This document shows, piece after piece, positions 17,452 to 26,354 of a stretch of 32,000 nucleotides of DNA (position 1 is its first letter; every line of letters starts with the position of its first letter). The notes below the pieces were generated by a model. It saw only the letters and a list, made by a program, of their open reading frames with translations. It searched no databases and was not told the origin of the DNA. Source of the stretch: Psychrobacter sp. DM4 (GTDB taxonomy: Bacteria > Pseudomonadota > Gammaproteobacteria > Pseudomonadales > Moraxellaceae). The stretch spans positions 1,860,001 through 1,892,000 of the forward strand of contig NZ_CP195536.1 in the NCBI RefSeq assembly GCF_051307035.1, read 5' to 3'. The translations under genes were made by a program, and so were the position numbers.

Positions 17452-17710
17452 GTTGCTATTATCCTTTATACCTTTTAGGCGACGCTCATGTTATAAGAAT
17501 ACTTTAGCGAGGTATTGCTTGCTCTAGCCATCATTCTGTGACGCTATATTATACCTCAGACACTATAGAATGATTAAATTTGGGTCGACTGAATGCTCTT
17601 GTAGTCAACAAACCAATACACAGTCACTCATAGTCTTATTTGGATGCACTCATCACTCTTGCTATAGTAGGGAGGATTCAATAACAATCTACTAAAATAA
17701 GGATATAAGT

Positions 17711-18172
17711 ATGGCTGACAAAGAGAAAAACAATAAAAATCTGATAGATAATATCAAACTCATCTTAGGCAAAGAAGACAAAATTAACGATCAGCTCGAA
17801 AACGGCAAGGGTCTAGAGCGCTATGCAAAGGATTTGTTATTACTGATGAGCTTAGTAAAGGATTACTATCAAGGTAATTATCGCGATATTCCTTACAAGA
17901 CCATTTCAGCCGCTGTCGTGGGTCTATTGTATGTGCTTAACCCTATCGATCTTATTCCTGATTTTATCCCCTTTATCGGTCAGGTCGATGACGCTTTAGT
18001 GCTTAAATTTTGTCTAAAGCTCATGGAAAAGGACTTATTAAAGTACAAAACTTGGAAAAACGAGCAAACCGATCCCAAAGATAAAGAGTCTGATAAACCT
18101 CAAGATTCAAAGGATGATGATGAAACACTCGAAGACGATAGTAAAGATAAAGAGAACAAAAAAGAGTCGTAA
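17711..18172 (+). CDS. DUF1232 (YkvA-like) family protein with a Lys/Asp/Glu-rich tail
   Basis: The core LLYVLNPIDLIPDFIPFIGQVDDALVL matches the DUF1232 signature as I recall it. The gene is AT-rich and the C-terminal ~45 aa are low-complexity K/D/E. Confidence 0.65.
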   Translation: MADKEKNNKNLIDNIKLILGKEDKINDQLENGKGLERYAKDLLLLMSLVKDYYQGNYRDIPYKTISAAVVGLLYVLNPIDLIPDFIPFIGQVDDALVLKFCLKLMEKDLLKYKTWKNEQTDPKDKESDKPQDSKDDDETLEDDSKDKENKKES

Positions 18173-18231
18173 ATAATGAATAGTATTTCTTAAGATTAAT
18201 GACCAGAATTACTCTGTATAAAACTTATAAT

Positions 18232-18265
18232 AAAGACGGTCAATAATTATTATTGACCGTCTTTT
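18232..18265. terminator. Bidirectional hairpin terminator
   Basis: AAAGACGGTCAATAA (18232-18246) pairs with TTATTGACCGTCTTT (18250-18264). A/T runs lie on both sides. Confidence 0.65.
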
Positions 18266-18269
18266 ATTT

Positions 18270-18309
18270 AATAACTGATAATTATCTATTTTGATGATTA
18301 TCAGTTATT
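18270..18309. repeat. Inverted repeat with perfect 13-bp arms (AATAACTGATAAT / ATTATCAGTTATT) and a 14-nt spacer
   Basis: Read directly at 18270-18282 and 18297-18309. It is immediately 3' of the minus-strand 99-aa gene. Confidence 0.75.
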
Positions 18310-18324
18310 CATAATCAAATGACG

Positions 18325-18624
18325 TTATTCTGGAACGTCGTAATTGGCCTTTTCAGGATTAAGACCGAACGAGTAGACAAAGGTTGCAACGATACTATTG
18401 ATAATAATAAAGGGCAAATCAAGAGCGGTGTGACCGAGTAGATAGCGCCCTAATAGCCATGAGATAATCAGCATAATGATAAAGAATCCAGCCATATAGC
18501 CCAAAATCTCAGGGTGCTTGAGATGATAAGGCTGCTCAGGATTTTTATCGAGCCTATAAACTCTAACCGCCCACCCTGCTGCATAAGATAAGCCGCCAAG
18601 CAGCACGTAACCCAAAAAATTCAT
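18325..18624 (-). CDS. Small membrane protein, 99 aa, unknown function
   Basis: Three hydrophobic segments. It is co-oriented with the upstream lipoprotein gene, 60 bp away. Confidence 0.5.
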   Translation of the reverse strand: MNFLGYVLLGGLSYAAGWAVRVYRLDKNPEQPYHLKHPEILGYMAGFFIIMLIISWLLGRYLLGHTALDLPFIIINSIVATFVYSFGLNPEKANYDVPE

Positions 18625-18684
18625 AATATTACACTCAATTATTCAGCTATTTTTATGGTATGTATTGAACAGTATCATGCACAA

Positions 18685-19239
18685 CTAAACGATTTCATTC
18701 ACATTGTCGATGACGATATTGGAATGAGGATTGGCTAAAATGTCGGTATTAATATCATCGCATTCGACGTGATAAATCGTGTTGGCGCCGCGATAAATAT
18801 AAGACAAATACTCGCTATCGAGTAGCGGGTCGATATTGGCATAGACAGGTTTGACATGGGCAAGTACGAGTACTCTGTCTGGACGGGCAATGAGCGCATC
18901 GACATTATCAGGATCAATAGAGAAATAAGTTGGTATTTCACTATTGTCTAACACCTCTAAAGGTTCAGGATTGTCCCAAACCCGGCCGCTACTGGCAGGC
19001 TCCTTCATTTGCATCATCCACGTGCCATCGATCTCGCTGACCTTTATTTGTGCAGGTTCATCACGACTAACCGTATAGCAGCCGTCAAATACAGACAAGT
19101 CAGAGGTTACGGTAGCGGCGGCATCCTCCGCTACACTGGCCTCTTTGCTACAACCCACAAACAGTAAAGCACTACTGATAATTAAGCTAACTTTCAATAT
19201 CTTTGTATTGTGACGTTTGAGGTCTACGCGTAATGACAT
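18685..19239 (-). CDS. Lipoprotein, 184 aa, unknown function
   Basis: Signal peptide with lipobox LLFVGC. The mature part is acidic. No family recognised. Confidence 0.6.
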   Translation of the reverse strand: MSLRVDLKRHNTKILKVSLIISSALLFVGCSKEASVAEDAAATVTSDLSVFDGCYTVSRDEPAQIKVSEIDGTWMMQMKEPASSGRVWDNPEPLEVLDNSEIPTYFSIDPDNVDALIARPDRVLVLAHVKPVYANIDPLLDSEYLSYIYRGANTIYHVECDDINTDILANPHSNIVIDNVNEIV

Positions 19240-19419
19240 GCCAAGGTTATCCTAGGTTATTAGATACAGAGTAAAATGATCAACGCCTCGTTGGTTGGTA
19301 GTCGTCGATTGAGGCTTGCTGACGTTGCAATAATTTTATCAAAAAAATAAATACGGTTTTGTTGTGATATGTGGTCATGTGAGTTTATCGCTGACAGTTG
19401 CCCTTATCGGCAGTGTATT

Positions 19420-19428
19420 TGCTATAAT
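19420..19428 (+). promoter_or_regulatory. Extended -10 promoter element TGCTATAAT
   Basis: An exact TGnTATAAT match about 100 bp upstream of ATG 19532. The -35 candidate is weak (TTGCCC, with a 19-bp spacer). Confidence 0.4.
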
Positions 19429-19442
19429 CGAACACACAAAAT

Positions 19443-19478
19443 TGGTATCTATCCTCTGCCTAAACAGGATAGATACCA
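19443..19478 (+). promoter_or_regulatory. 13-bp perfect stem-loop in the rnhA-dnaQ leader
   Basis: TGGTATCTATCCT (19443-19455) pairs with AGGATAGATACCA (19466-19478), leaving a 10-nt loop. CTTTTATT follows 6 nt downstream. Confidence 0.6.
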
Positions 19479-19531
19479 CTGTCCTTTTATTCATACGATA
19501 CTGCCTTTGTATTCTAATCTATCGAGTTTTT

Positions 19532-21109
19532 ATGCCAGACCATCAGACCCCATCGACAGCCTATAAAACCAATGACCCTCTAGCGTCAAAAGCGAACACG
19601 ACGGTCGCTTATACGGATGGCGCGTGCAAAGGCAATCCTGGGGCTGGCGGTTGGGGCACGCATCTGATATTTAGTGATGGTCGTACACAAGATATCTACG
19701 GCGGTGCTAGCGAGACCACCAATAACCGTATGGAGCTGATGGGCGCGATAAAGGCATTAGAATATAGTCCAAAATCGCAAAAGCTAGAGATTTGGACGGA
19801 CTCAAGCTATGTCCAAAAGGGTATTACCGAATGGATTGAGGGCTGGAAAAAAAGAGGCTGGAAGACCGCGAGCAAAAAACCCGTTGCCAACCAAGATCTA
19901 TGGCAACAACTTGATGAGAGTTGTCAGAGGCGCGATGTAGATTGGCACTGGGTCAAGGGTCACGCCGGCCACGCTGGTAACGAAAAAGCGGACGAGCTGG
20001 CAAACCTTGGTGTTATCTCTAATAATGAGCCAAGTCGTGAGTCATTGACACCTGAACATGCATCCAAAACGGATAAAAAAAAAGCACAAATAAAACCTGA
20101 CGCTGATTGGTTAGACTTTGATCCTTTAGGTTTCAATATGATGGATCATTTGAGCGCAGAAGAGTATTCAAGCGATGATGACTTAGAGAATAATTTAAGT
20201 GTAGACGATGAACTCAGCACAAAACAAAATGTCAATAAAGCGATATATGATACTGTGACTTTAAAGAGCCCTCCTATGACAAATCTCGATAATCTGGCAA
20301 ATAGCATACCTAGTGCTGATAGCTCACAACAGCTCGATAGCCCTAAGTTTGACGGTGATACCAGTCGTGCCAATCCGAACTTTCGCCCCTTATTACCTAA
20401 GCCTATCCATCGTCATGAGACTGATCGTCAGCTCATTATGGATACAGAAACTACAGGACTTGAGGCGCTAAATGGCGACCGTATTATCGAAGTCGGTATC
20501 GTTGAGATGATCGCCCGCAAGTTCACAGGCGAGAAGCTCCATGTCTATATCAACCCGCAGCGCGGTATGGATGAAGAAGTCATCCGTATTCACGGCATCT
20601 CTGAGGCTTTTTTGACGGACAAACCCACTTTCGATCAAGTCGCGCAAGCGCTTTATGACTTTATGGATGGTGCAGAGGTTATCGCTCATAACGCCTCGTT
20701 TGATATGAACTTTTTGAATATGGAATTTGCAAAAGTGGGCTTGTCAGATTTTGCGCAGCGCGTACAGGTGACAGATTCACTCTATATGGCAAAGCAGCAG
20801 TATCCTGGACAAAAAAACACACTCGATGCGCTCGTACGGCGTCTCAATGTTGGTAAGCAAGACCGTACCTTTCACGGGGCACTGCTCGATTCTGAAATCT
20901 TAGCCGAGGTCTACCTAGCGATGACAGGGGGGCAGGTTACTCTGGCTATCGAGGAGGATGTGCAAAGCGATGGTGGTCAGACTGCTCATGCAGATTTTTC
21001 TAACTTAGCCTCAATGTTATTAACCTCAAGCTTAGATGAGGATGCCAATCAGCAATGGTTTACCACTTTGGCTGATAAATACCCCAAAATTAAAGCTCGA
21101 CTACCGTAG
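19532..21109 (+). CDS. dnaQ: Bifunctional RNase HI / DNA polymerase III epsilon (proofreading exonuclease) fusion protein
   Basis: The N-terminal RNase HI domain shows [26 protein letters not shown] and [14 protein letters not shown]. The C-terminal DEDDh exonuclease domain shows [19 protein letters not shown] and [14 protein letters not shown]. The start is set at ATG 19532, because a promoter and a hairpin lie inside the 19364 ORF extension. Confidence 0.9.
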   Translation: MPDHQTPSTAYKTNDPLASKANTTVAYTDGACKGNPGAGGWGTHLIFSDGRTQDIYGGASETTNNRMELMGAIKALEYSPKSQKLEIWTDSSYVQKGITEWIEGWKKRGWKTASKKPVANQDLWQQLDESCQRRDVDWHWVKGHAGHAGNEKADELANLGVISNNEPSRESLTPEHASKTDKKKAQIKPDADWLDFDPLGFNMMDHLSAEEYSSDDDLENNLSVDDELSTKQNVNKAIYDTVTLKSPPMTNLDNLANSIPSADSSQQLDSPKFDGDTSRANPNFRPLLPKPIHRHETDRQLIMDTETTGLEALNGDRIIEVGIVEMIARKFTGEKLHVYINPQRGMDEEVIRIHGISEAFLTDKPTFDQVAQALYDFMDGAEVIAHNASFDMNFLNMEFAKVGLSDFAQRVQVTDSLYMAKQQYPGQKNTLDALVRRLNVGKQDRTFHGALLDSEILAEVYLAMTGGQVTLAIEEDVQSDGGQTAHADFSNLASMLLTSSLDEDANQQWFTTLADKYPKIKARLP

Positions 21110-21330
21110 TAAATGATTTTGAACACAGTGCTTAAGTGAGTGATTTTGAATATCTAAAGGCTATAAGGGCAACGAATATACGTTATGGTTGAGACAGACA
21201 AAAGACGCTTTAACATTTCATAGCGGATGCCAATAGACATCGAGCCTAATTTGCATTATTGTAGAACTCATTTATCGTAGCCTTTGATACCTCCTCTCTC
21301 TTGCTATCGGCATAACATGGAAGAATAACT

Positions 21331-23022
21331 ATGAGTCAGTCTGAGCGAATAAAACTGATCGCCCCAAGCCTAAGTGTCACCAATTTTAATCTCCCCTCAC
21401 TACATCTATTATATGATGAGATTACTGCGACCCTCAAAGAAGTGGAGAGACATTTAAGTGAGTTTAATGATCATCATGATCAAGCACCGTTGTTGCTAGA
21501 CTCCGCTCAACTCCTTCATCAGTTGTCTTGCGTCTTTGAGATGATATCTTTAGCAGGGGGGCAAGTACTGAGCACCGCTATTGCTGAAGGCTTAAAGCAG
21601 ATACATGATCCTGCCAATCGTAATGATACGACGCTCATCATGGACTTATCAGAGGCTATCATGACGCTCGATCGTTATGTTGAGTTTGTGCTACTAACAG
21701 AGACTATAGAGCCTATATTAGTGCTGCCAATTATCAATAAGCTACGTGCTCATAATAAGCAAGAAGCGATATCGTCTGACTATTTTGCCGTCTTTGGTAA
21801 TAGTAGCGTCACTATCGCCAATCCTGAACAAAACTTTCAGGCTTTGGATGAGCTCAATCTTGATAGTGAGCTTTTGAGTTATGCGTATCGTAGTGGCCTT
21901 GGCGTCGCCTTGCTACATCAGGCAGGAGAATTAACACACGAGGATGAGCAAAAACTCAAAGCAATGAGCGATGCTTGCGACTTGATAGCGGCTCATACCG
22001 ATAGCTTGTTTTGGCAAGCTGCCTCAGTAGCCGTCAGTAATCTTGCCGCGCTATTGCCTTTGAATCTGGAGCAAAAACATACGCTGATCTATTTAGAGCA
22101 GCAGTTCTATGGCTATTTGCCTGCTAGGGACAAGCGTTTTGCTGATTTGGTCAGTTTTGCCTGTCAGCGTGATCACGAAAAAGCAGCACCATTACGTGAG
22201 CAGTACGCTTGTAACCGACTACAAGAGCCGCAACTTGAACAAATGAGAAAGTTCTTGTTCGGTCCTAATCGCGCGCTCGTCGATACGCTAAACACTATTA
22301 TTCAAGACCAGATCAATGCTATCAAAAAACAAGTCGGTGATTACGCTCATGCTGGTCTATCATCTGCAAGTCAGTTACAGCCGGCAACGACTACGCAAAT
22401 TACCGACGAGCTGTTGACCCTCAGCTCAGCGTTACGTTTGCTTGGTTTATCTGATGCTGCTACTGGTTTGCACGCCGCCGCCGATGCAACAGCCACTTGG
22501 CACAACCCTGAGCCCAAAGACTTTGATCATTTACTAGTGGCGCTCGTACAAGCCGAAAATGCCATCATCGAAATGGCAGAGATGCATACCCCAGGAACGG
22601 TATACTTACCGTTGAATAACCCTCATATATCTTTGCATCAGCTGAATTCTGCATATAACACTTTGGTTCAAGAGAGCCGCAGCACTATCGTGAATGCTGA
22701 GCAAGCTATTACTACCTACTTAGCAGACAGTACGCGCGATGTGCTCGTAATTCAACATCTGCCAGAATCACTAAAGCAAGTCGCGGGTGCGGTACGTTTT
22801 TTACAGCTGCCCACCTCTGCTACTATGCTCAGCCAACTGGTTACTTATTTGCAAATGCGCATTACGCAGGGAGAGGCTATAGAAGATCAAACGCTTGCGC
22901 ACATTGCTGATGTCATCATGGCAGTCGATTACCATTTGGACGGGTTTGAGCAAAACCGGCCCTTAAACAAGCAAGCACTAGACGCCGGTCAGTATAGTCT
23001 AAGTCAATTGGTAGCCGCTTGA
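21331..23022 (+). CDS. FimL-like Hpt-domain scaffold protein (ChpA N-terminus-like; type IV pilus / cAMP signalling)
   Basis: 563 aa, helical and Leu/Ala/Gln-rich. Hpt-like blocks occur near both ends: LLHQLSCVFEMISLAGG and LKQVAGAVRFLQLP. The size and the position between rnhA/dnaQ and nudC match my recollection of fimL in P. aeruginosa. Not verified by alignment. Confidence 0.5.
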   Translation: MSQSERIKLIAPSLSVTNFNLPSLHLLYDEITATLKEVERHLSEFNDHHDQAPLLLDSAQLLHQLSCVFEMISLAGGQVLSTAIAEGLKQIHDPANRNDTTLIMDLSEAIMTLDRYVEFVLLTETIEPILVLPIINKLRAHNKQEAISSDYFAVFGNSSVTIANPEQNFQALDELNLDSELLSYAYRSGLGVALLHQAGELTHEDEQKLKAMSDACDLIAAHTDSLFWQAASVAVSNLAALLPLNLEQKHTLIYLEQQFYGYLPARDKRFADLVSFACQRDHEKAAPLREQYACNRLQEPQLEQMRKFLFGPNRALVDTLNTIIQDQINAIKKQVGDYAHAGLSSASQLQPATTTQITDELLTLSSALRLLGLSDAATGLHAAADATATWHNPEPKDFDHLLVALVQAENAIIEMAEMHTPGTVYLPLNNPHISLHQLNSAYNTLVQESRSTIVNAEQAITTYLADSTRDVLVIQHLPESLKQVAGAVRFLQLPTSATMLSQLVTYLQMRITQGEAIEDQTLAHIADVIMAVDYHLDGFEQNRPLNKQALDAGQYSLSQLVAA

Positions 23023-23028
23023 TACTTT

Positions 23029-23064
23029 TTGAGTGCTACTAGCTGATTGAGTGCTACTAGCTGA
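23029..23064. repeat. Perfect 18-bp tandem duplication TTGAGTGCTACTAGCTGA x2
   Basis: Read directly at 23029-23046 and 23047-23064. It begins 7 bp after the upstream stop codon. Confidence 0.9.
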
Positions 23065-23143
23065 CGTGACTAACTACTGCGCTCCTTGACTTTAATGCTC
23101 TCGTTTTATTTGATCTAAATTCTTTTTTCTTAAGTAGTTGTTT

Positions 23144-24091
23144 ATGACGAGCGCTTTTATATTGCATGATGATACTATTCTCTGCCATCATACTCTTGAT
23201 GGCAGACGTCCGTTACCCGTTTTATTATCTGGTGTGGATGCTGTTGTAGGTAGTAACAGCGCCGTGTATCAGCTTGAGTATCAAATTGGACGTGTGGTCT
23301 TGTTCGAAAGTTTATCACCCAATCATTGGCTACCTAAATTTAGTCATCGGCTACCTGAATATTACACAACATCTAAGACTGATTTAGACTTTGGCAAGGC
23401 CCCAGCGACGATTGCCATCAGTTATGACTATGCACTTGCTAACGGCATTGATGTGCCCATAACGGATACCAATGTCTTTGTGGCTTATCGTCAGCTCATC
23501 ACTGAATTGCCAACCGCCCTTTGTGATCAGCTCAGTCAAGCCATACAGCTACTGCGCTGGCAAGCGGACACCCAATTCTGTAGTCGCTGCGCTACGCCCG
23601 TCACCTTAGCGGTGCAAAACGATCGCTCCATGATATGCCCTATCTGTAATCTACGCCAGTATCCACGCGTGCAGCCTTGTGTTATTACCGCGATCACTCG
23701 CCCTAATCCTAGCACAGGTGAGATGCAGATATTATTAGCACATCATCACCGCTACGGTAAGCTTAAACTGCCGCTACAATATGGCCTGATTGCAGGATTC
23801 GTTGAGGCGGGTGAGAGCCTAGAGCACGCAGTGGTTCGTGAAGTGGGTGAAGAGGTTGGGATTAATGTCAAAGATATCCGCTATGTAAGCAGTCAGCCTT
23901 GGCCCTACCCCTCAAACTTGATGCTGGGCTTTCGAGCCTCTTATGCTAATGGTGACATCGTACTACAAGAAGATGAGCTGTCACATGCTGATTTTTTTGA
24001 TCTCTCAAATTTGCCAAAGATACCCGCAAGAGGCAGTATCGCTCGAGAATTGATCGATCAGATTGCCAAAGAGCAAGGCTTCTTGTTGTAA
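23144..24091 (+). CDS. nudC: NAD-capped RNA hydrolase / NADH pyrophosphatase NudC
   Basis: Zinc ribbon CSRC..(17)..CPIC. Nudix box GFVEAGESLEHAVVREVGEEVGI. The downstream SQPWPYPSNLM block is typical of NudC. ATG 23144 is preferred over TTG 23138. Confidence 0.85.
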   Translation: MTSAFILHDDTILCHHTLDGRRPLPVLLSGVDAVVGSNSAVYQLEYQIGRVVLFESLSPNHWLPKFSHRLPEYYTTSKTDLDFGKAPATIAISYDYALANGIDVPITDTNVFVAYRQLITELPTALCDQLSQAIQLLRWQADTQFCSRCATPVTLAVQNDRSMICPICNLRQYPRVQPCVITAITRPNPSTGEMQILLAHHHRYGKLKLPLQYGLIAGFVEAGESLEHAVVREVGEEVGINVKDIRYVSSQPWPYPSNLMLGFRASYANGDIVLQEDELSHADFFDLSNLPKIPARGSIARELIDQIAKEQGFLL

Positions 24092-24099
24092 AATTAAAT

Positions 24100-24143
24100 G
24101 GCACTGGCACTAGCAACTCGTTTTAGCTGCTAATGTCAGTGCC
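24100..24143. terminator. Compound hairpin between convergent nudC and the EamA gene
   Basis: GGCACTG (24100-24106) pairs with CAGTGCC (24137-24143), and an inner TAGCA pairs with TGCTA. There is no clear T-run, so the function is uncertain. Confidence 0.35.
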
Positions 24144-24157
24144 TACTGCGTCTCACT

Positions 24158-25087
24158 TTAGACATTATGAACGGTCAGACGCTGATGTTGCCATTTGACG
24201 AGTCTGGGTATCAATAGCCCTGCAATCACAATCGCCATGCCTAATAATTGTAAAGCGGTCACTTGCTGACCGTAAGCAAAGGCAGTGAGCGCGGCAAACA
24301 CTGGCACAAAATTAAAGAATAATGACGCATTAGCAGCGCCCAACTGCTTAACGCCAGAGATCCATAGTAGATAACCGCCAACTGTGCCGAAGACGCCAAT
24401 AAATATCAAGTCGCCAAAGACACTGCGACTGATGGCTAAGCTTTCTTGCAGTGGATGTACCTCTGCACTAAATAACACCATGAGCGAGATCACCCCAAGA
24501 CCGGACAGCATACCGACTAAGGTATAAGGAATCATCGGCATCCAGCGGCTGATACCTTGAGTCAGATAAGTATAGAGACTCCAGCACAGCATACCTAGAA
24601 AGATCATTTGATCGCCGTGGTTAAATTCAAACCCTAGCAGTTTGGCAAATGCGCCATCGGTCAGTACCAGCAGTACTCCAGAGAGACAAACCACCAAACT
24701 AAACAGCGCGCCTTTGGTAGGAAATTGACGCTGTGCTATAGAGCCAATCAAAGAAGTCACCAGCGGGCTAAGCGCCATAATCAACGCACCATTGTTAGCA
24801 TTGGTCTGCGCCAAGCCTGTGAACAGCCCCAAATTTAAGCCACCAACACCGATGATAGATACACCAATCGCCCACACCCATTGTTTTGGTGTGAGATTAG
24901 GGATTGGCATATGCTTATATTTTGTATAAAGATACAAACACACCGAGGCAATGCTAAAACGCCACATGACTAAAGTTAATGCATTTACTTCACTCAAGGC
25001 ATGCTTGCCAACGGGAAAGGATGCGCCCCAGAGAAACGTACACAGTAATAAATATAGGACGGCGGTGGTGTTCGCTGAACGGCTCAT
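24158..25087 (-). CDS. DMT superfamily transporter (EamA family)
   Basis: 309 aa with 10 hydrophobic segments in two EamA-like halves. It is divergent from a LysR regulator. Confidence 0.85.
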   Translation of the reverse strand: MSRSANTTAVLYLLLCTFLWGASFPVGKHALSEVNALTLVMWRFSIASVCLYLYTKYKHMPIPNLTPKQWVWAIGVSIIGVGGLNLGLFTGLAQTNANNGALIMALSPLVTSLIGSIAQRQFPTKGALFSLVVCLSGVLLVLTDGAFAKLLGFEFNHGDQMIFLGMLCWSLYTYLTQGISRWMPMIPYTLVGMLSGLGVISLMVLFSAEVHPLQESLAISRSVFGDLIFIGVFGTVGGYLLWISGVKQLGAANASLFFNFVPVFAALTAFAYGQQVTALQLLGMAIVIAGLLIPRLVKWQHQRLTVHNV

Positions 25088-25180
25088 ATTACATCCAAAA
25101 AACTTGCGAAAAGATAACCATCAGTGTATATATTTTGAATACGGTATAAACAAGCAATAACGAGAGCATAGATTCCGAAT

Positions 25181-26071
25181 ATGAAATTTAACTACTCCCT
25201 CGATGATATGCGCAGTTTTTGCGCGGTTGTCCGATACGGCAGCTTTCGCCAAGCCTCTATAGTGCTTGATATGCCACTATCGACATTGAGTCGCCGTGTT
25301 GCCAAATTAGAAGCGGATCTGGCGCTTAGGCTGCTCAACCGAGATGCGCATCGCGTACAATTGACCCATGCAGGACAGCAGTATTATAAGAGCAGCGCCC
25401 ATCTCTTTGATGAATTAGAAAACGTCGCGTTTTGCTTACTACAAGATAAAGATGAGGCCAAAGGTACAATCAGAATCAGCGCCCCTGTCAATTTTGGTAG
25501 TGATATTTTAGCGCCGCACTTCAATGCTTTTTTAAAGCAATATCCAGATATCCATCTGGATTTGCGTCTGTCCAATCAAACCATTGATATTGACGCGCAA
25601 GCTATTGATATCGCTTTTCGTATTGGTAAACACAGTGCCGATCATTGGATTGGACGGCAGCTGACTAATATTCGCTTTATGATTTGTGCAGCCAGCGATA
25701 TTGATGTATCCGATATCCAAATGCCCAATGATTTGGCAGGCTACCCTACGGTATTATGCACCCCTATGTCTACTTGGCATCTACAGCATCGTACAACGGG
25801 CGAGGTGCAAACGCATCAGCCAACAAACAACATACGTTTAAAGGTTGATAATATTAGTTTACTAACACAAGCTATTGCAGGTGGTATCGGCCTAGGTTTC
25901 ATCCCCGATTATGATGCACAGCCCTTGATTGCATCAGGCGGTTTGCAACAAGTATTGCCTGACTGGAATAACCAACCAAGAGGCTGCCAGATGCTCTATC
26001 GTGACCGTGATAACATGCCGCATCGCATGCATCTATTGATTGATTTTATCCTTAAGCGTTTTGGCAAGTAG
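25181..26071 (+). CDS. LysR-family transcriptional regulator
   Basis: N-terminal wHTH FCAVVRYGSFRQASIVLDMPLSTLSRRVAKLE plus a LysR substrate-binding domain. Confidence 0.9.
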   Translation: MKFNYSLDDMRSFCAVVRYGSFRQASIVLDMPLSTLSRRVAKLEADLALRLLNRDAHRVQLTHAGQQYYKSSAHLFDELENVAFCLLQDKDEAKGTIRISAPVNFGSDILAPHFNAFLKQYPDIHLDLRLSNQTIDIDAQAIDIAFRIGKHSADHWIGRQLTNIRFMICAASDIDVSDIQMPNDLAGYPTVLCTPMSTWHLQHRTTGEVQTHQPTNNIRLKVDNISLLTQAIAGGIGLGFIPDYDAQPLIASGGLQQVLPDWNNQPRGCQMLYRDRDNMPHRMHLLIDFILKRFGK

Positions 26072-26354
26072 ACATAAGCAGACATTTCGCAAACGATCAC
26101 CGTTTTCAGAATAAATGCATCACGATATGATTGCTCTTATACTTTAACTTTAACGTTGTAGACTAGGTTTTTGACCCTGATGTTTTACGGCTTTAAATGT
26201 GTTAATCTTCGCAGCGCAACAGCGATCAACACGGCTGGGTCATTGACTATTTGATATATCACGTCAGTACAAAGACCCATAATTTGCCTATAGAATATGC
26301 AATGAATAGTCACTTATCTACCTAGCCATTGACAGACATAAGTGACAATCGCTA

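Noticed and set aside
15851-19363. A genomic island integrated at the tRNA-Leu gene
   Set aside because: There is no integrase or recombinase, no duplicated tRNA 3' segment, and the first gene after the tRNA is a housekeeping-type carboxypeptidase. Only the weaker AT-rich islet observation was kept.
19364-19566. A 56-codon 5' extension of the rnhA-dnaQ ORF (GTG 19364) and an overlapping 65-aa ORF
   Set aside because: An extended -10 promoter and a 13-bp hairpin lie inside them. The encoded sequence is Cys/Ile/Leu-rich junk, and RNase HI homology starts just after ATG 19532.
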